Notes: generated from the sequence alone by a model not told the origin. Shown: positions 1-12,428, counted from the first letter of the stretch. The stretch: 64,000 nt of DNA from Myxococcota bacterium (GCA_039028615.1 JBCCHT010000009.1:64001-128000); one strand, 5' to 3'. A program made the numbers and translations.

Positions 1-761
1 ATGTTCTGTTGGATCTCCTCGGCCGTGCGTGCCACCGTCCATACCCGCACGCCGGTCAGCTGCCCGTCGAAGGCCGCCGTGTCGTCGCCCGCCATGGCGA
101 GGTAGAAGTCCGAACCAGAGGACTGATCATCGCTCATCGCGATCGTGCCTTTGGCCTGGCCGTCCTTGTAAACGGTGATGCTGCCGTCATCGACGACGAT
201 GGCGACATGGTGCCAGCGCCCATCGGAGACATCAGTGGTGTCGGCCGAGGTGTAGGTGTCGCCCCAGGACAGCGTCAGCCGATTGCCCGAAATGGACACC
301 GCCGGGGTGCCATCGGAGCCGAACATGCAGATCGTCTGTGCGTCGGTCGTGGTGGTGTTGATCCAGGCCTCGAAGGTGCATGCGGTGCTCGAGATCCCGC
401 CGTTGGCGTCGGCTTGGACATACTGCGCGTCGTCGCCATCGAGCGCGAGGTAGCTCGGCTGCAGGACGACCGCCGCGGCCATCTGGCTGGGGTCCACCCC
501 GACGGTGGCCGTGCCGCTGAAGGTCCCGATATCGGCCGAGCCATCGAGCGGAACGGTGAATACCAACGAGTAGTTGGTACTGTTGTCGACGCTGGTCGTG
601 GGGGCACCCAGGGTCATGGTGACCGTGCCGATGGGGGCGCCGACCTCGATGGAGATGTCGGTCGGCAGCTGGCCGCTGCTCTGAAGGTTCTGCAATAGGG
701 TGGTGACGTAGTCGGCGGTGGTGGTGCTGACCAGGTCCCAGTCGTTCGTTGGAGTGCTCAT
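1..761 (-). CDS. LamG/concanavalin A-like domain protein, partial (runs off the window start); N-terminus resembles TULIP/P47-like proteins
   Basis: Not in the ORF track; translated by hand from ATG at 761 (RBS AGGAAAGG upstream): MSTPTNDWDLVSTTTADYV...CTFEAWINT...DGRWHHVAIVVDDGSITVYKDG...FDGQLTGVRVWTVARTAEEI. These are classic LamG_3 motifs. Confidence 0.8.
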   Translation of the reverse strand, partial: MSTPTNDWDLVSTTTADYVTTLLQNLQSSGQLPTDISIEVGAPIGTVTMTLGAPTTSVDNSTNYSLVFTVPLDGSADIGTFSGTATVGVDPSQMAAAVVLQPSYLALDGDDAQYVQADANGGISSTACTFEAWINTTTTDAQTICMFGSDGTPAVSISGNRLTLSWGDTYTSADTTDVSDGRWHHVAIVVDDGSITVYKDGQAKGTIAMSDDQSSGSDFYLAMAGDDTAAFDGQLTGVRVWTVARTAEEIQQN

Positions 762-777
762 TGCTCGCGTGCCTTTC

Positions 778-1419
778 CTAGATATCCATGCCCGCGTCTT
801 CGAGCTCATCTTCCAACCAGGTGGTCAAGGTCTCGCAGCTCGAGCGGCTGGCGGCACTCGACTTCGAGCTTCGCATTTCACATAGAGACCACTCTTCGTT
901 CTTGTTCTTCTTGTCGTCGATTTGCCATAGCTTGCAGTAGAACGCTTTTCCCGATTCGACATAGAACAGGTAGTTCTTCTCGATTTCGTCACGTTGCAGG
1001 TTGGCTTGGGTGCAGCCCTCGGCCATGCAACACAATGCCTGGCAGATCTCCATGCAGTCGTCGCCCGAGGTGCATAGTCCGCCATCTTCGTCACCCACCT
1101 CGAATAGCGGCAGGCCCCAGTAGGCCGCAGAGGCACTTCCTTTGAAGCCCAGGAACATTTTGTGGCCCTCGTCGGTGAGATCGGAGTCTTGGAATTCGTC
1201 GAGAACGTCTCCGCCGAGGTAGGCCTTGGTGCCTTCTTTGATCTTCTTCTTGCTCGTCTTTTCCCAATTGTCAGAGTCTGCGCAGTCGACCGAGTCGGCG
1301 GCGGCAGGGACTGCCCATGACGCTACGGCAATGGCGAGGGCGATCGTCAATAGTGACACTCGGCTCGATGAATGAGTTTGGGGGGATTGCATCCTCTTCA
1401 ACATGAGAGCCGAAGTCAT
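778..1419 (-). CDS. Secreted Cys-rich hypothetical protein (possible PAN/apple-like module)
   Basis: Signal-peptide-like LLTIALAIAVASWAVPAAA; CMEICQALCCMAEGC...YCKLW; Lys-rich and lower GC than flanks; start uncertain (1419 or 1404). Confidence 0.6.
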   Translation of the reverse strand: MTSALMLKRMQSPQTHSSSRVSLLTIALAIAVASWAVPAAADSVDCADSDNWEKTSKKKIKEGTKAYLGGDVLDEFQDSDLTDEGHKMFLGFKGSASAAYWGLPLFEVGDEDGGLCTSGDDCMEICQALCCMAEGCTQANLQRDEIEKNYLFYVESGKAFYCKLWQIDDKKNKNEEWSLCEMRSSKSSAASRSSCETLTTWLEDELEDAGMDI

Positions 1420-1579
1420 CCACTTCCATGACAGTCCATGACAGCCGTCGGGGCGCTACTTTGGAGTAATGAAACGAAATGAAATCGTCGTCGAAAAATG
1501 GCGATTTTGGGCCACAGAACGCAACAAGGCCAGGGCGCTGGGCCCCGGCCTTTGCTCCGCTCTCAATGGACCTTTGGTG

Positions 1580-3013
1580 CTAGGCCATCATCGCGCCGAA
1601 CTTGGCGTTGAGCGTCGGATCGACTCCGAGCTTGGTGCTCCACGCCTGCATGATCTGACCGTAGGTTCCCATGTCGAGTCCGTAGGCGGACAGCGCTCCG
1701 TTGAAGTCGCCCGACTGCATGCGCTTCATGAGCTGCACATAGTCCGAGAGCTTGGCGACGGCCTGGCCGGGAAAGACGGTCGGATCGGGATCGGTGTCGC
1801 CGCCCGCGGCCAGCTGCTGCTGCGCGGCCTGGGCCTTGCGCATCTCTTCTTCCTGGTCGAGGCCCTTGCCCTGCATGACGTTGTGGCTCAGCCGCGCTTC
1901 CTCGCTGTCGGGGTCGATGCCCTGCATGGAGAGTCGAATACGGGCCTTGGTCTGCTCGAAGGCCAGGGCGAGGCGGGCGTCGTGGTCGATCGATTCTTGC
2001 CAGCCCGGTACATAGCCGATGCCGCCGTGCTGCACGGGCACGCCGTGGGCCTGGGCGAGCGCGGCGATGCCCGTGTGGTCACCCTTGGCGATCAGCAGGT
2101 CTTGCTCGACGTTGAAGCGGGCGTAGTCCTCCATGTTGATGCCATCGATCACGCCGATCGCTCCGCTGGAGGTGGTGCCCGGTTCGTCGCCGCTCTCGAT
2201 GCGCTCCTGCCACGCGAGCAGCTCGGCGTGCCGCGGGTCGCCCTCGGGGACGAGGCGACGCCAGGTGCAGGCGAGCGGGTAGCCGTAGCAGGTGAAGCCT
2301 TCCTTGGGGATCTGGTCGCGCAGGAAACCGAAGAGCTGCTCCACTTCGCCTCGCAGGGCCGGGTTGCGCACGGCGAGGTCCCCCAGGGCGATGATGGCTG
2401 CGTCGATGGTCCAGTCCACGGGCCCGAGTGCGAGCGAGCGGAGCACGGAGTAACCCTGCTCCCCGTGGGCGAGCACGAGCGCGGCCGCGACCTGAACGCG
2501 GGGCACCCACTCGAGCGGGTGCAGGTGGTCGGGAGCCTTGGGCGGATCGAGCATGACCGCGACGAGGTGCTGAGCCCACGGGGTGCCGAAACGCGCGGCC
2601 GTGTGGGCGGCGAGCTCGGACCAGGCCTGGACGTCGTAGAGCTGGCGGGCGATGGCGGTGACCGCTTCGGCCAGGCCGGCATCGGGCGAGCCGAGCTGCG
2701 GCGCCGCGGTGGTGCCCTGGTAGGCCCACGCGACGAACTCGACCTGGCCCTTGGGCACCCGCGGGTCGGGACTCTGAATGGCTTCGAAGAACGGGACGAG
2801 CGGGAGCGTGATGCCGATCTCCGCCATGCGGAGGCGCCACGCGGTCTGGACGCTGGGCGACTCGATGTGGGTGACGGTCGTGCTGACTCGGTCACCGTCG
2901 GCCGCCTCGGGGGAGTTCGCGGCCCGGCACATGGCCTCCAGCGCGAAGTGAGCGGTGGCATCCCCCGGACCGGGATGAAAATCGACGTACGGGTGGGTCG
3001 CTTTCGCGGTCAT
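1580..3013 (-). CDS. Hypothetical protein, helical-repeat-like N-part and C-terminal DUF6620-like repeats
   Basis: Long ORF with GC3 bias; start re-chosen at MTAKATHPY; two similar C-terminal segments (INMEDYARF / AKLSDYVQL...MQAWSTKL). Confidence 0.65.
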   Translation of the reverse strand: MTAKATHPYVDFHPGPGDATAHFALEAMCRAANSPEAADGDRVSTTVTHIESPSVQTAWRLRMAEIGITLPLVPFFEAIQSPDPRVPKGQVEFVAWAYQGTTAAPQLGSPDAGLAEAVTAIARQLYDVQAWSELAAHTAARFGTPWAQHLVAVMLDPPKAPDHLHPLEWVPRVQVAAALVLAHGEQGYSVLRSLALGPVDWTIDAAIIALGDLAVRNPALRGEVEQLFGFLRDQIPKEGFTCYGYPLACTWRRLVPEGDPRHAELLAWQERIESGDEPGTTSSGAIGVIDGINMEDYARFNVEQDLLIAKGDHTGIAALAQAHGVPVQHGGIGYVPGWQESIDHDARLALAFEQTKARIRLSMQGIDPDSEEARLSHNVMQGKGLDQEEEMRKAQAAQQQLAAGGDTDPDPTVFPGQAVAKLSDYVQLMKRMQSGDFNGALSAYGLDMGTYGQIMQAWSTKLGVDPTLNAKFGAMMA

Positions 3014-3133
3014 GCCCCGGTAGAGAAACGGCGCCCGATTGTGTGACGCGGTTTCGAGCAAAAACCACGGCATTCGGGGGCACCATGGCCCCCGAATGCG
3101 TTCTGCGGCGTTGCGTGAGTGCCGCTACGGGTC

Positions 3134-4369
3134 TCAGATGGCGCGCTCGACCCGGTGGCGAAGACTGGCGAGACGGCCGATCCCGTCGCCCGCGTCCTGC
3201 AGCTTCTGCTTCCAGGACGCGTCCAGCGGCTGGCCCTTCACGATCTTGTGGAAGCGGAGCATCACCATGGTGATGAGCGTCGGCTCGATGAACGACTCGC
3301 GGACGGTTCGCACCATCATCATCGCGATGAGGCCACCCACCACCAGGCCCACCGCCAGCGCGATGAGGAAGGGGATGGGGTCGGCCTTCACCACGCCCAC
3401 GGCGTCGGTCTGCAGCGAGGCCAGGGTCCCGCCCATGGCGGAGAAGGTCGCCGCGAACACGCCCCCGATGGCACCGAGGCCGACGACCAGGTACAGCGGC
3501 ACGAGCATGAGCTTCTCGAGCACGATGACGCCGATGGCGGTGCGGAACATCTTGCCGCTGTTCTGGGCGCAGTAGGTGACCCCGTCGATGGCCGGGCTGG
3601 CGAAGTCCTGGTCACCGCGGGCGAGGCCGTAGGACAAGATCACCGCGTCGAGGTAGCGGCTGGCCCCGTTGACCAGGGCGTGGATGCCCCGCTTGATCGC
3701 GGAGATGTCGATGGGCAGCCACTTGTCGATGAAGTTCAGCGTACGGGTGAGCTGCTTGAGCGTGCGGTTGACCGAGCGGTTCACGTCCCACAGGGAGGTC
3801 AGGTCGGTGAACCGGGTCTGCACGAGCTGCTTGGCGTATGCGAAGGCACTCTGCTTGCCGTCGCCCACGTGGCCCTTGGTGATGAGCTCGGTCAGGATGG
3901 CGATGTGGGCACACTTGGCGCCGAAGGTCTTGCGCTCCACGAAGGGCAGCCAAAACATCACGATGGGCACCAGCGTGCCGAGGATGAGCACGATCCCGGC
4001 CCATTTGTTCACCGAGACGGTCAGCCAGGTGCCCAGCCCGAGCGAGGCGACCACCATGGTGATGCTGATGGCGGTGTACATGCTCCAGTGCGCCAGCCGA
4101 AACAGCGCGTAGGGCAGGACCTTGAAGGACAGCCCCAGGGCAGCAAAGAAGCCATCTTCGGCGGCCGAGACCGGGTAGTCATGGGGGCAGCCCGCCGCGG
4201 ATTCTTCGTCCGAGGCCCCCGTCGCCGCGTTTGGGGGCGCAGCGGCGACGGGAGCCGAGCCGGCCGTCGGGGGCGAGACCGGCTGTCCGGGCGAAGGTTG
4301 AACGCGAGGTTGGGGAACGGGCACTCCGACCGGTGGCGGAGCTCCCTGGGGAATCTGCTGTGCGTGCAT
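3134..4369 (-). CDS. Multi-pass membrane protein with Pro-rich N-terminus
   Basis: 411-aa ORF with several hydrophobic helices. Confidence 0.75.
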   Translation of the reverse strand: MHAQQIPQGAPPPVGVPVPQPRVQPSPGQPVSPPTAGSAPVAAAPPNAATGASDEESAAGCPHDYPVSAAEDGFFAALGLSFKVLPYALFRLAHWSMYTAISITMVVASLGLGTWLTVSVNKWAGIVLILGTLVPIVMFWLPFVERKTFGAKCAHIAILTELITKGHVGDGKQSAFAYAKQLVQTRFTDLTSLWDVNRSVNRTLKQLTRTLNFIDKWLPIDISAIKRGIHALVNGASRYLDAVILSYGLARGDQDFASPAIDGVTYCAQNSGKMFRTAIGVIVLEKLMLVPLYLVVGLGAIGGVFAATFSAMGGTLASLQTDAVGVVKADPIPFLIALAVGLVVGGLIAMMMVRTVRESFIEPTLITMVMLRFHKIVKGQPLDASWKQKLQDAGDGIGRLASLRHRVERAI

Positions 4370-4455
4370 GGTGGGCTCCCGTCGTCAGAGACCACCCCGC
4401 GCGATGTGTGACAGGGCTCGGGGCAGAAAATCTGCCGCGGGCTCCGTTGCCGACG

Positions 4456-5076
4456 CTAGGAGGTACGGCCGGGGTCGTTGGCCTTGGCCATGGCCCGCAG
4501 GCGGTTTTTGGTCCGCTCGAAGCGTTTGCGCAGCGTGGCGACCTGGCGCTTGAGGTCGTCGTCGCTGGGGGCGCCCTCGAAATCACCAGTGATTCGGGCG
4601 ATGTCTCGCCAGCGGAGCTGTCGATCGACGCGCAGGGTCAGCAGCATCTGCTCGTCGGACGAAAGCGTGGCTCGCAAGGCGGCGACCTCCTGGCGGCTCT
4701 CGGTGCGCAGGAAGGTCAGCGTTCGCGTGCGGATCTCTTCGACCAGCCCCGCGATGCCGTTGGTGGACAGCGGGTCGACCACACGATGGCGCTGCTTGGA
4801 CTTGGCCGTGCGGTGCAGGGCATGGCGAGCCAGGGTGTAGCCCCAGGTCCGCAGGCTCGCGTTCCAGCGAAACCCGCTGAGCCCGCGCCACAGGTCCTCG
4901 CTGAACTGCGAGAATGCCTCCACCGCCAGATCCTCGTCGGCGGCGGCGTTGATCAAGAACCCCAGGATCTCGGGGCCATACCCTCGCAGCGCGTCGGTGG
5001 CCGCGTCGTCGACCCGGTCGGCCTCCACCTTGCTCCGGACCTGACGCTCGAGCTCGTCACGCTGGTCGGGGGTCAT
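4456..5076 (-). CDS. ECF-type RNA polymerase sigma-70 factor
   Basis: Region 2-like DLWRGLSGFRWNASLRTWGYTLARH; region 4-like LSSDEQMLLTLRVDRQLRWRDIARI. Confidence 0.8.
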   Translation of the reverse strand: MTPDQRDELERQVRSKVEADRVDDAATDALRGYGPEILGFLINAAADEDLAVEAFSQFSEDLWRGLSGFRWNASLRTWGYTLARHALHRTAKSKQRHRVVDPLSTNGIAGLVEEIRTRTLTFLRTESRQEVAALRATLSSDEQMLLTLRVDRQLRWRDIARITGDFEGAPSDDDLKRQVATLRKRFERTKNRLRAMAKANDPGRTS

Positions 5077-5088
5077 CGAGGGATCGTA

Positions 5089-7962
<2,874 letters not shown>

Positions 7963-7999
7963 GGTCGGCGGGAACGCTAGCACGGGGCGTTGGTTGGCG

Positions 8000-8638
8000 T
8001 CATCGCTGGCGCAGCCACGCGGGGAGCCCCGCGACCGACTCGAGCACATGCGTCTTCGGGTGCGCATGCGGAAAGCCGAGGTCGCTCTCCGGGCCCGTGC
8101 AGACCGCGATGAACTCCATGCCCGCGGCCTGGGCTGCGATGCGGTCGTCGTCGCGATCGCCGACGTAGACCGGGTCTACGGGCGCATGCCCGAGCACTTC
8201 GCCGATGGGCTCGAAACACCGCGGGCTCGGCTTGGGCTCGGGCACCTCCTCGTTGCAGAAGATCCCGGAGAACCACGCCGGATCGAGCCGTGCCTCCGAC
8301 AGCCGCTGATCGAGGCGTAGCCGGTCTCGCTTGGTCACCACCCACAGACGATGTCCGGCGGTATGCAGCTGCCGCAGGGCGTCGCCCGCCCCCGGTACTT
8401 CGCCGTAGGGGTGCGTGTCGGCGAGCTCGCCGTAGCGGTCGACGAAGGGGTCGAGGTCATGCCCGGGCCACAGCACCGCGAGCGTGCCCCGCCAGGTCTC
8501 CCCGTATTCGATGAGCTCGCGCCGCGACGGCACGCGCCAGCCCAGCTCCTGGGCGATCTGTCGGTGCAGCTTCACATAGCAGGGAAAGCTCTCGATCAAG
8601 GTGTCGTCGAGATCGAAGATCAGGTCGCGAACCGGCAC
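8000..8638 (-). CDS. HAD-superfamily hydrolase (phosphoglycolate phosphatase-like)
   Basis: DLDDTL motif I, KPSP, VGDRDDD motif IV. Confidence 0.88.
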   Translation of the reverse strand: MPVRDLIFDLDDTLIESFPCYVKLHRQIAQELGWRVPSRRELIEYGETWRGTLAVLWPGHDLDPFVDRYGELADTHPYGEVPGAGDALRQLHTAGHRLWVVTKRDRLRLDQRLSEARLDPAWFSGIFCNEEVPEPKPSPRCFEPIGEVLGHAPVDPVYVGDRDDDRIAAQAAGMEFIAVCTGPESDLGFPHAHPKTHVLESVAGLPAWLRQR

Positions 8639-8696
8639 GAGCGGGAGGATAGCGGCGTGCTGGGCCGTCGTCGTGGGGGCGCGTAGACTCTGGCTC

Positions 8697-10139
8697 GTGC
8701 TTCCTCCCCGGGCCCAGGCCGCGCTTCGCTACGTGCTCATCTTCGTGGTGGCATTCGCGGGCCTGGCGACCCTCGCGGGGAAACACCTCACCAAGCCCAG
8801 CCGCGACAACCATTTCGTGCGCATGGCCGACGGTTGGCGGGATGGGCGACTCGCGCTGTCCGACAAACCCCCAGGGTGGTGCGCGCCCAAAGAGCGCGCC
8901 CGCGGCCGCTGTCGCGGGCATCGCTTCGACGACTATGCGGTGCTCTACGAGCTGACCCTCCCCGGAGAGGACGGCGACAGGGAGACCGCGCGCGGCTATC
9001 CGTGCAAGACCGAGGCGTGCAAGCAGGCGCGGCGCCAGGGCGAGTCGACCTGGTACGTGGTGGGACAGGGGTGGCGAAACTTCGAGCGGGGGCAGGTCCG
9101 TCGCGGCAAGGACACCTGGTACATCACCTTCCCGCCGGGTCCGGCCGCGATCATGTACCCGGTGGTGGCGGTGTTCGGGCTGTCGACCTGGGACGTGCTG
9201 CTCACCGTCATCGCGGCCGCGTTCATCCCCCTGGTGCTGGTGCATTTGCTCGATCGGGAGCGGGGCACGGAAGACGGTCGCGGGTGGCAGCACCTGTGGA
9301 TCGCCGCGGCCTGGACCTTCGCCAGCCCGGCCTGTTTTCTCGGCGCCAACGGGCGGGTGTGGTTCACCGCCCAGGTCTTCGCCGCGCTATGCCTGGCGCT
9401 TTATCTGCACGCGGGCTGGAACGCGCGGCGACCCGCCCTGGCCGGCTTCTGGCTCGCGCTGGCGGTGGCCTGCCGTCCCGCCAACATGGCGCCCGCGGTG
9501 ATCGTGTTCGCCATCGAGTGGTGGCGAGACGGTCGCAAGCTGGGCCCCGCGCTGCGCTTTTGTGTGCCCCTGGTGGTGATCGGCAGCGCCATCGCGTGGC
9601 TCAACTACGTGCGCTTCGAGAACATCTTCGAGTTCGGGCACCGCTTCCTCGAGATCCGTTGGCAGGCCCGCATGCAGGAGATCGGCATGTTCTCCGCGGA
9701 GTACCTGCCGAGGAACCTGCGCTGCCTGTTCTGGCTCGCGCCGCAGGTGGGCGCCGAGGCCCCGCACTTGCGGATCTCCATCCACGGCATGGCGCTATGG
9801 ATGAGCAGTCCCTGGGTGTTCGCCATCGCGGCGGCGCGCAAGCGGTTCCCACAGCAGCTGGGCCTCGCCCTCGCGCTGCTCGGCGCGGCGATTCCCTCGT
9901 TGCTGTACCAAAACAGCGGGCAGCTCCAGCCCGTCTACCGCTTCGCCTCCGACTGGCTGCTGCTGCTGCTGCTGCTCATCGGCTTCGGCGGCGGGGCCCG
10001 ACGCAAGTGGTTCCCCGTGCTGGTGATCGCCGGGGCGCTGCTCAACATCCACGCCGCGTGGGAGTTCGGGCGCAAGCCGGGGCACCTGTTCGTGACCGAT
10101 CCGCTCGGCTGGCCGTTCCAGGCCGAGCTCGAGCAGTAG
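8697..10139 (+). CDS. Polytopic membrane protein, probable GT-C-fold glycosyltransferase-like
   Basis: Many TM helices; YITFPPGPA, LAVACRP, NYVRFENIFEFG, YRFASDW motifs typical of GT-C-like proteins; GTG start at 8697 is an estimate. Confidence 0.6.
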   Translation: MLPPRAQAALRYVLIFVVAFAGLATLAGKHLTKPSRDNHFVRMADGWRDGRLALSDKPPGWCAPKERARGRCRGHRFDDYAVLYELTLPGEDGDRETARGYPCKTEACKQARRQGESTWYVVGQGWRNFERGQVRRGKDTWYITFPPGPAAIMYPVVAVFGLSTWDVLLTVIAAAFIPLVLVHLLDRERGTEDGRGWQHLWIAAAWTFASPACFLGANGRVWFTAQVFAALCLALYLHAGWNARRPALAGFWLALAVACRPANMAPAVIVFAIEWWRDGRKLGPALRFCVPLVVIGSAIAWLNYVRFENIFEFGHRFLEIRWQARMQEIGMFSAEYLPRNLRCLFWLAPQVGAEAPHLRISIHGMALWMSSPWVFAIAAARKRFPQQLGLALALLGAAIPSLLYQNSGQLQPVYRFASDWLLLLLLLIGFGGGARRKWFPVLVIAGALLNIHAAWEFGRKPGHLFVTDPLGWPFQAELEQ

Positions 10140-10141
10140 CG

Positions 10142-11551
10142 CTACCAGTCGACCCAGTCGCGGACCGAGCCGCCCACGGTGGCGGCGGTGCGCGGCGCCT
10201 CGTCGGGACGGTGCAGCGCCATGGAGATGGGCTCCTTGGGTCCCATGGTGATCCCGCGCGGGGCCACGTCGATGGTGCCGACGTCCGCCGGGCCCATGGC
10301 GAAGCGCTGCATGATCATGGCGAGCACCAGGCGGATCTCTTGGTCGGCAAAGGCCGCGCCCAGGCATAGCCGCGGCCCCGCGCCGAAGGGGAGGAACTCG
10401 AAGGGGGAGACCTTGCGCTCGGCCCAGCGGGCGGGGACGAAGCGCTGGGGCTGGTCGTACAGCTCGGGCAGGTGGTGGGTGATGAGCGGGCTGAGCACCA
10501 CCAGGGAGCCGGCGGGTAGCTCGTAGCCGGCCAGCTCGAAGGCCTCGGTCGCTCGCCGCACGAACATCATGTACGTGGGCGGGAGCAGCCGCAGGCTCTC
10601 TTTGACCACCGCGTCGAGCAGGGGCAGCCGATCGAGCTGCTCGACGGTGGGGGCCTCGCCGTGGAGCTCGGCGGACAGCTCGTCGTGCAGGTCGGCGCGG
10701 ACCTGCGGGTGCTGGGCGAGCAGCAGCAGGGCCCAGGTCAGCGCATAGGCGGTGGTCTCGTGCCCGGCCACGAACAGCAGGCCCATGTTGCCGATGAGTT
10801 CGACGTCGGTGAGTCGGGAGCCGTCTTCGTCGTGGGCGCGCACCAGGATCGACAGGACGTCTCGGCCCTCGGCTCCCTGTTCGCGGCGGCTCTCGATCAT
10901 CGTCAGCAGGTGACGCTCGAGTCGCTCGGTGAGCCGCAGCAGCTTGCCGTAGGGCGTGAAGGGCCAGCCCACGGGGAGCAGCGCGGTGGCGGGAGAGATG
11001 ACGCGCTGGAGGAATTCCTTGCCCATCGAGCCCAGCTCGGCCGCGTCCCCGCCGGGGTCGAGGCCGAACAGGCACTTGGTCATGACGTCGAGGGTGAGCT
11101 CGAGCATGGCCTGGGCGATGTCGATGTGCTGGCCGGGCTTCCACTGCGCCAGGTGCCGCTCGGCCACCGCCACCATGTCGTCGCGATGACCGTGCGTGGC
11201 CGACTTGCCGAACGCCGGCATCATGAGGCGACGCTGGCGGCGGTGGGTCTGTCCGTTGATCGCAGTGAGGTTGGATTGCGTGCGGGCCAGCGCGGAGTCG
11301 GCTGGCACTCGCATGGGCAGCTCGGCGAAGTGCTCGAAGGTCCGGGCGTAGGGCAGCAGCTGCTGGTTGTGCGATGGGCCGAAGGCACAGACCAGCGAGG
11401 CATCACCGCGGTTGAGCGCTGCGATCTCGCCGTACTCGCGGTGCAGCTGCGGCAGGATGCGCAGCGGGTCGCGGAAGAGGCGAGGAAAACCCAGGGCACG
11501 GCCCACCAGAGGAATGGGCCACAGACCAGGAAGCTCCGAGGCGGGTCGCAT
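10142..11551 (-). CDS. Cytochrome P450
   Basis: AGHETT I-helix, ESLR (ExxR), FGAGPRLCLG heme motif. Confidence 0.96.
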   Translation of the reverse strand: MRPASELPGLWPIPLVGRALGFPRLFRDPLRILPQLHREYGEIAALNRGDASLVCAFGPSHNQQLLPYARTFEHFAELPMRVPADSALARTQSNLTAINGQTHRRQRRLMMPAFGKSATHGHRDDMVAVAERHLAQWKPGQHIDIAQAMLELTLDVMTKCLFGLDPGGDAAELGSMGKEFLQRVISPATALLPVGWPFTPYGKLLRLTERLERHLLTMIESRREQGAEGRDVLSILVRAHDEDGSRLTDVELIGNMGLLFVAGHETTAYALTWALLLLAQHPQVRADLHDELSAELHGEAPTVEQLDRLPLLDAVVKESLRLLPPTYMMFVRRATEAFELAGYELPAGSLVVLSPLITHHLPELYDQPQRFVPARWAERKVSPFEFLPFGAGPRLCLGAAFADQEIRLVLAMIMQRFAMGPADVGTIDVAPRGITMGPKEPISMALHRPDEAPRTAATVGGSVRDWVDW

Positions 11552-11621
11552 GGCGAGGTTCGGAGAGTCGGCGATGTTTTCGGGCCCGGCAATGGTGACG
11601 AATCGTCGTGATTGAGCGCGG

Positions 11622-11726
11622 GAAGCCGGCCGTTAACGCCAATGATCCCCAAAGGTTGAGGCGTGGCACTTAAGGACCGTCAGGGGTTCCCTTTCTCCTC
11701 GATCGCGGCGGTGACCCGGCCGGTTC
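11622..11726 (+). ncRNA. Candidate structured RNA (three-way junction); unassigned
   Basis: Closing stem GAAGCCGGCCG/CGGCCGGTTC; inner stems ACGCC/GGCGT and ACCGTC-AGGGG/CTCCT-GGCGGT; C-rich loops; folded by eye only. Confidence 0.3.
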
Positions 11727-11815
11727 AGGCCGACGCGGCGGGCGAAAAAACGCGGTGCGATTGCGGGGGCGAAGGGCGAGCGGATCCGGGCGTGAGGGTG
11801 AAGACTCGCGCGCAC

Positions 11816-11850
11816 AAAAAAAGCCGAGCCGACGGATGACGCCGGCTCGG
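11816..11850 (-). terminator. Intrinsic terminator of the 11875-12291 gene
   Basis: Minus strand CCGAGCCGGCG-TCATC-CGTCGGCTCGG followed by CTTTTTTT. Confidence 0.8.
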
Positions 11851-11874
11851 GAGCGTTCGTTCGTGGCTCGGGCG

Positions 11875-12291
11875 CTAGGCTCCGTACGCTTCGACCAGAC
11901 CCCGCAGCCTTTGTTCGAAGTGACGGAGCAGACCATGCGCCAAGGTCAGGGGCGCGGCGCAGATGAGCGACCAGACGAGAGGATACGGAACGATCTTGTA
12001 GCCTCGCGCGGACGCGATGTCCCAGTGCTCGGGGTCGATGGACGGAAGCGCCGCGTTGACGCTGACCCAACCCAGGCTCGTGCCGAGCAGGCCTACCATG
12101 ACGATGGCTGCAAGCATCGACGGGGCGACCGCGCCCGTTCGACTGAGCTTGACGAGCCGCTCCCGCGGCCCGCGGCTGCCCCCTCGGATCGCCCCGCAGC
12201 GATGAAGGAGGCCCGCGGCCGTGAATATGGAGAGCAGGGTGATGACGTGCATGAACACGCCACCGTCTTGGTAGAACTGGCCAAAATTCAT
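11875..12291 (-). CDS. Small three-TM protein, MotA/TolQ/ExbB-like
   Basis: MNFGQFYQDGGVFMHVITLL N-terminus and VGLLGT motif of ExbB/TolQ; RBS AGGAGG upstream of ATG 12291. Confidence 0.6.
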   Translation of the reverse strand: MNFGQFYQDGGVFMHVITLLSIFTAAGLLHRCGAIRGGSRGPRERLVKLSRTGAVAPSMLAAIVMVGLLGTSLGWVSVNAALPSIDPEHWDIASARGYKIVPYPLVWSLICAAPLTLAHGLLRHFEQRLRGLVEAYGA

Positions 12292-12428
12292 CTGGATCCC
12301 TCCTGAGCGCCATCGTGGCCGCCCCAAGAGCGACGAACGAGCGCGTCACCCTGTTTGTGGCGGCGGCGGGCTCCAGGGTTTCGACCGGATCGACGAACGG
12401 GCAGGGCGGGCCGGGAACCCGCGCGGGC

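Noticed and set aside
9..698. 229-aa plus-strand ORF
   Set aside because: Shadow of the LamG gene on the minus strand.
8000..11551. P450 + glycosyltransferase-like + HAD as a biosynthetic cluster
   Set aside because: Mixed orientations and no core synthase (PKS, NRPS, terpene or RiPP precursor) recognised.
11622..11726. Retron msr-msd, cobalamin riboswitch or self-cleaving ribozyme
   Set aside because: No reverse transcriptase in the window; lacks the B12-box and the hammerhead/twister core consensus.
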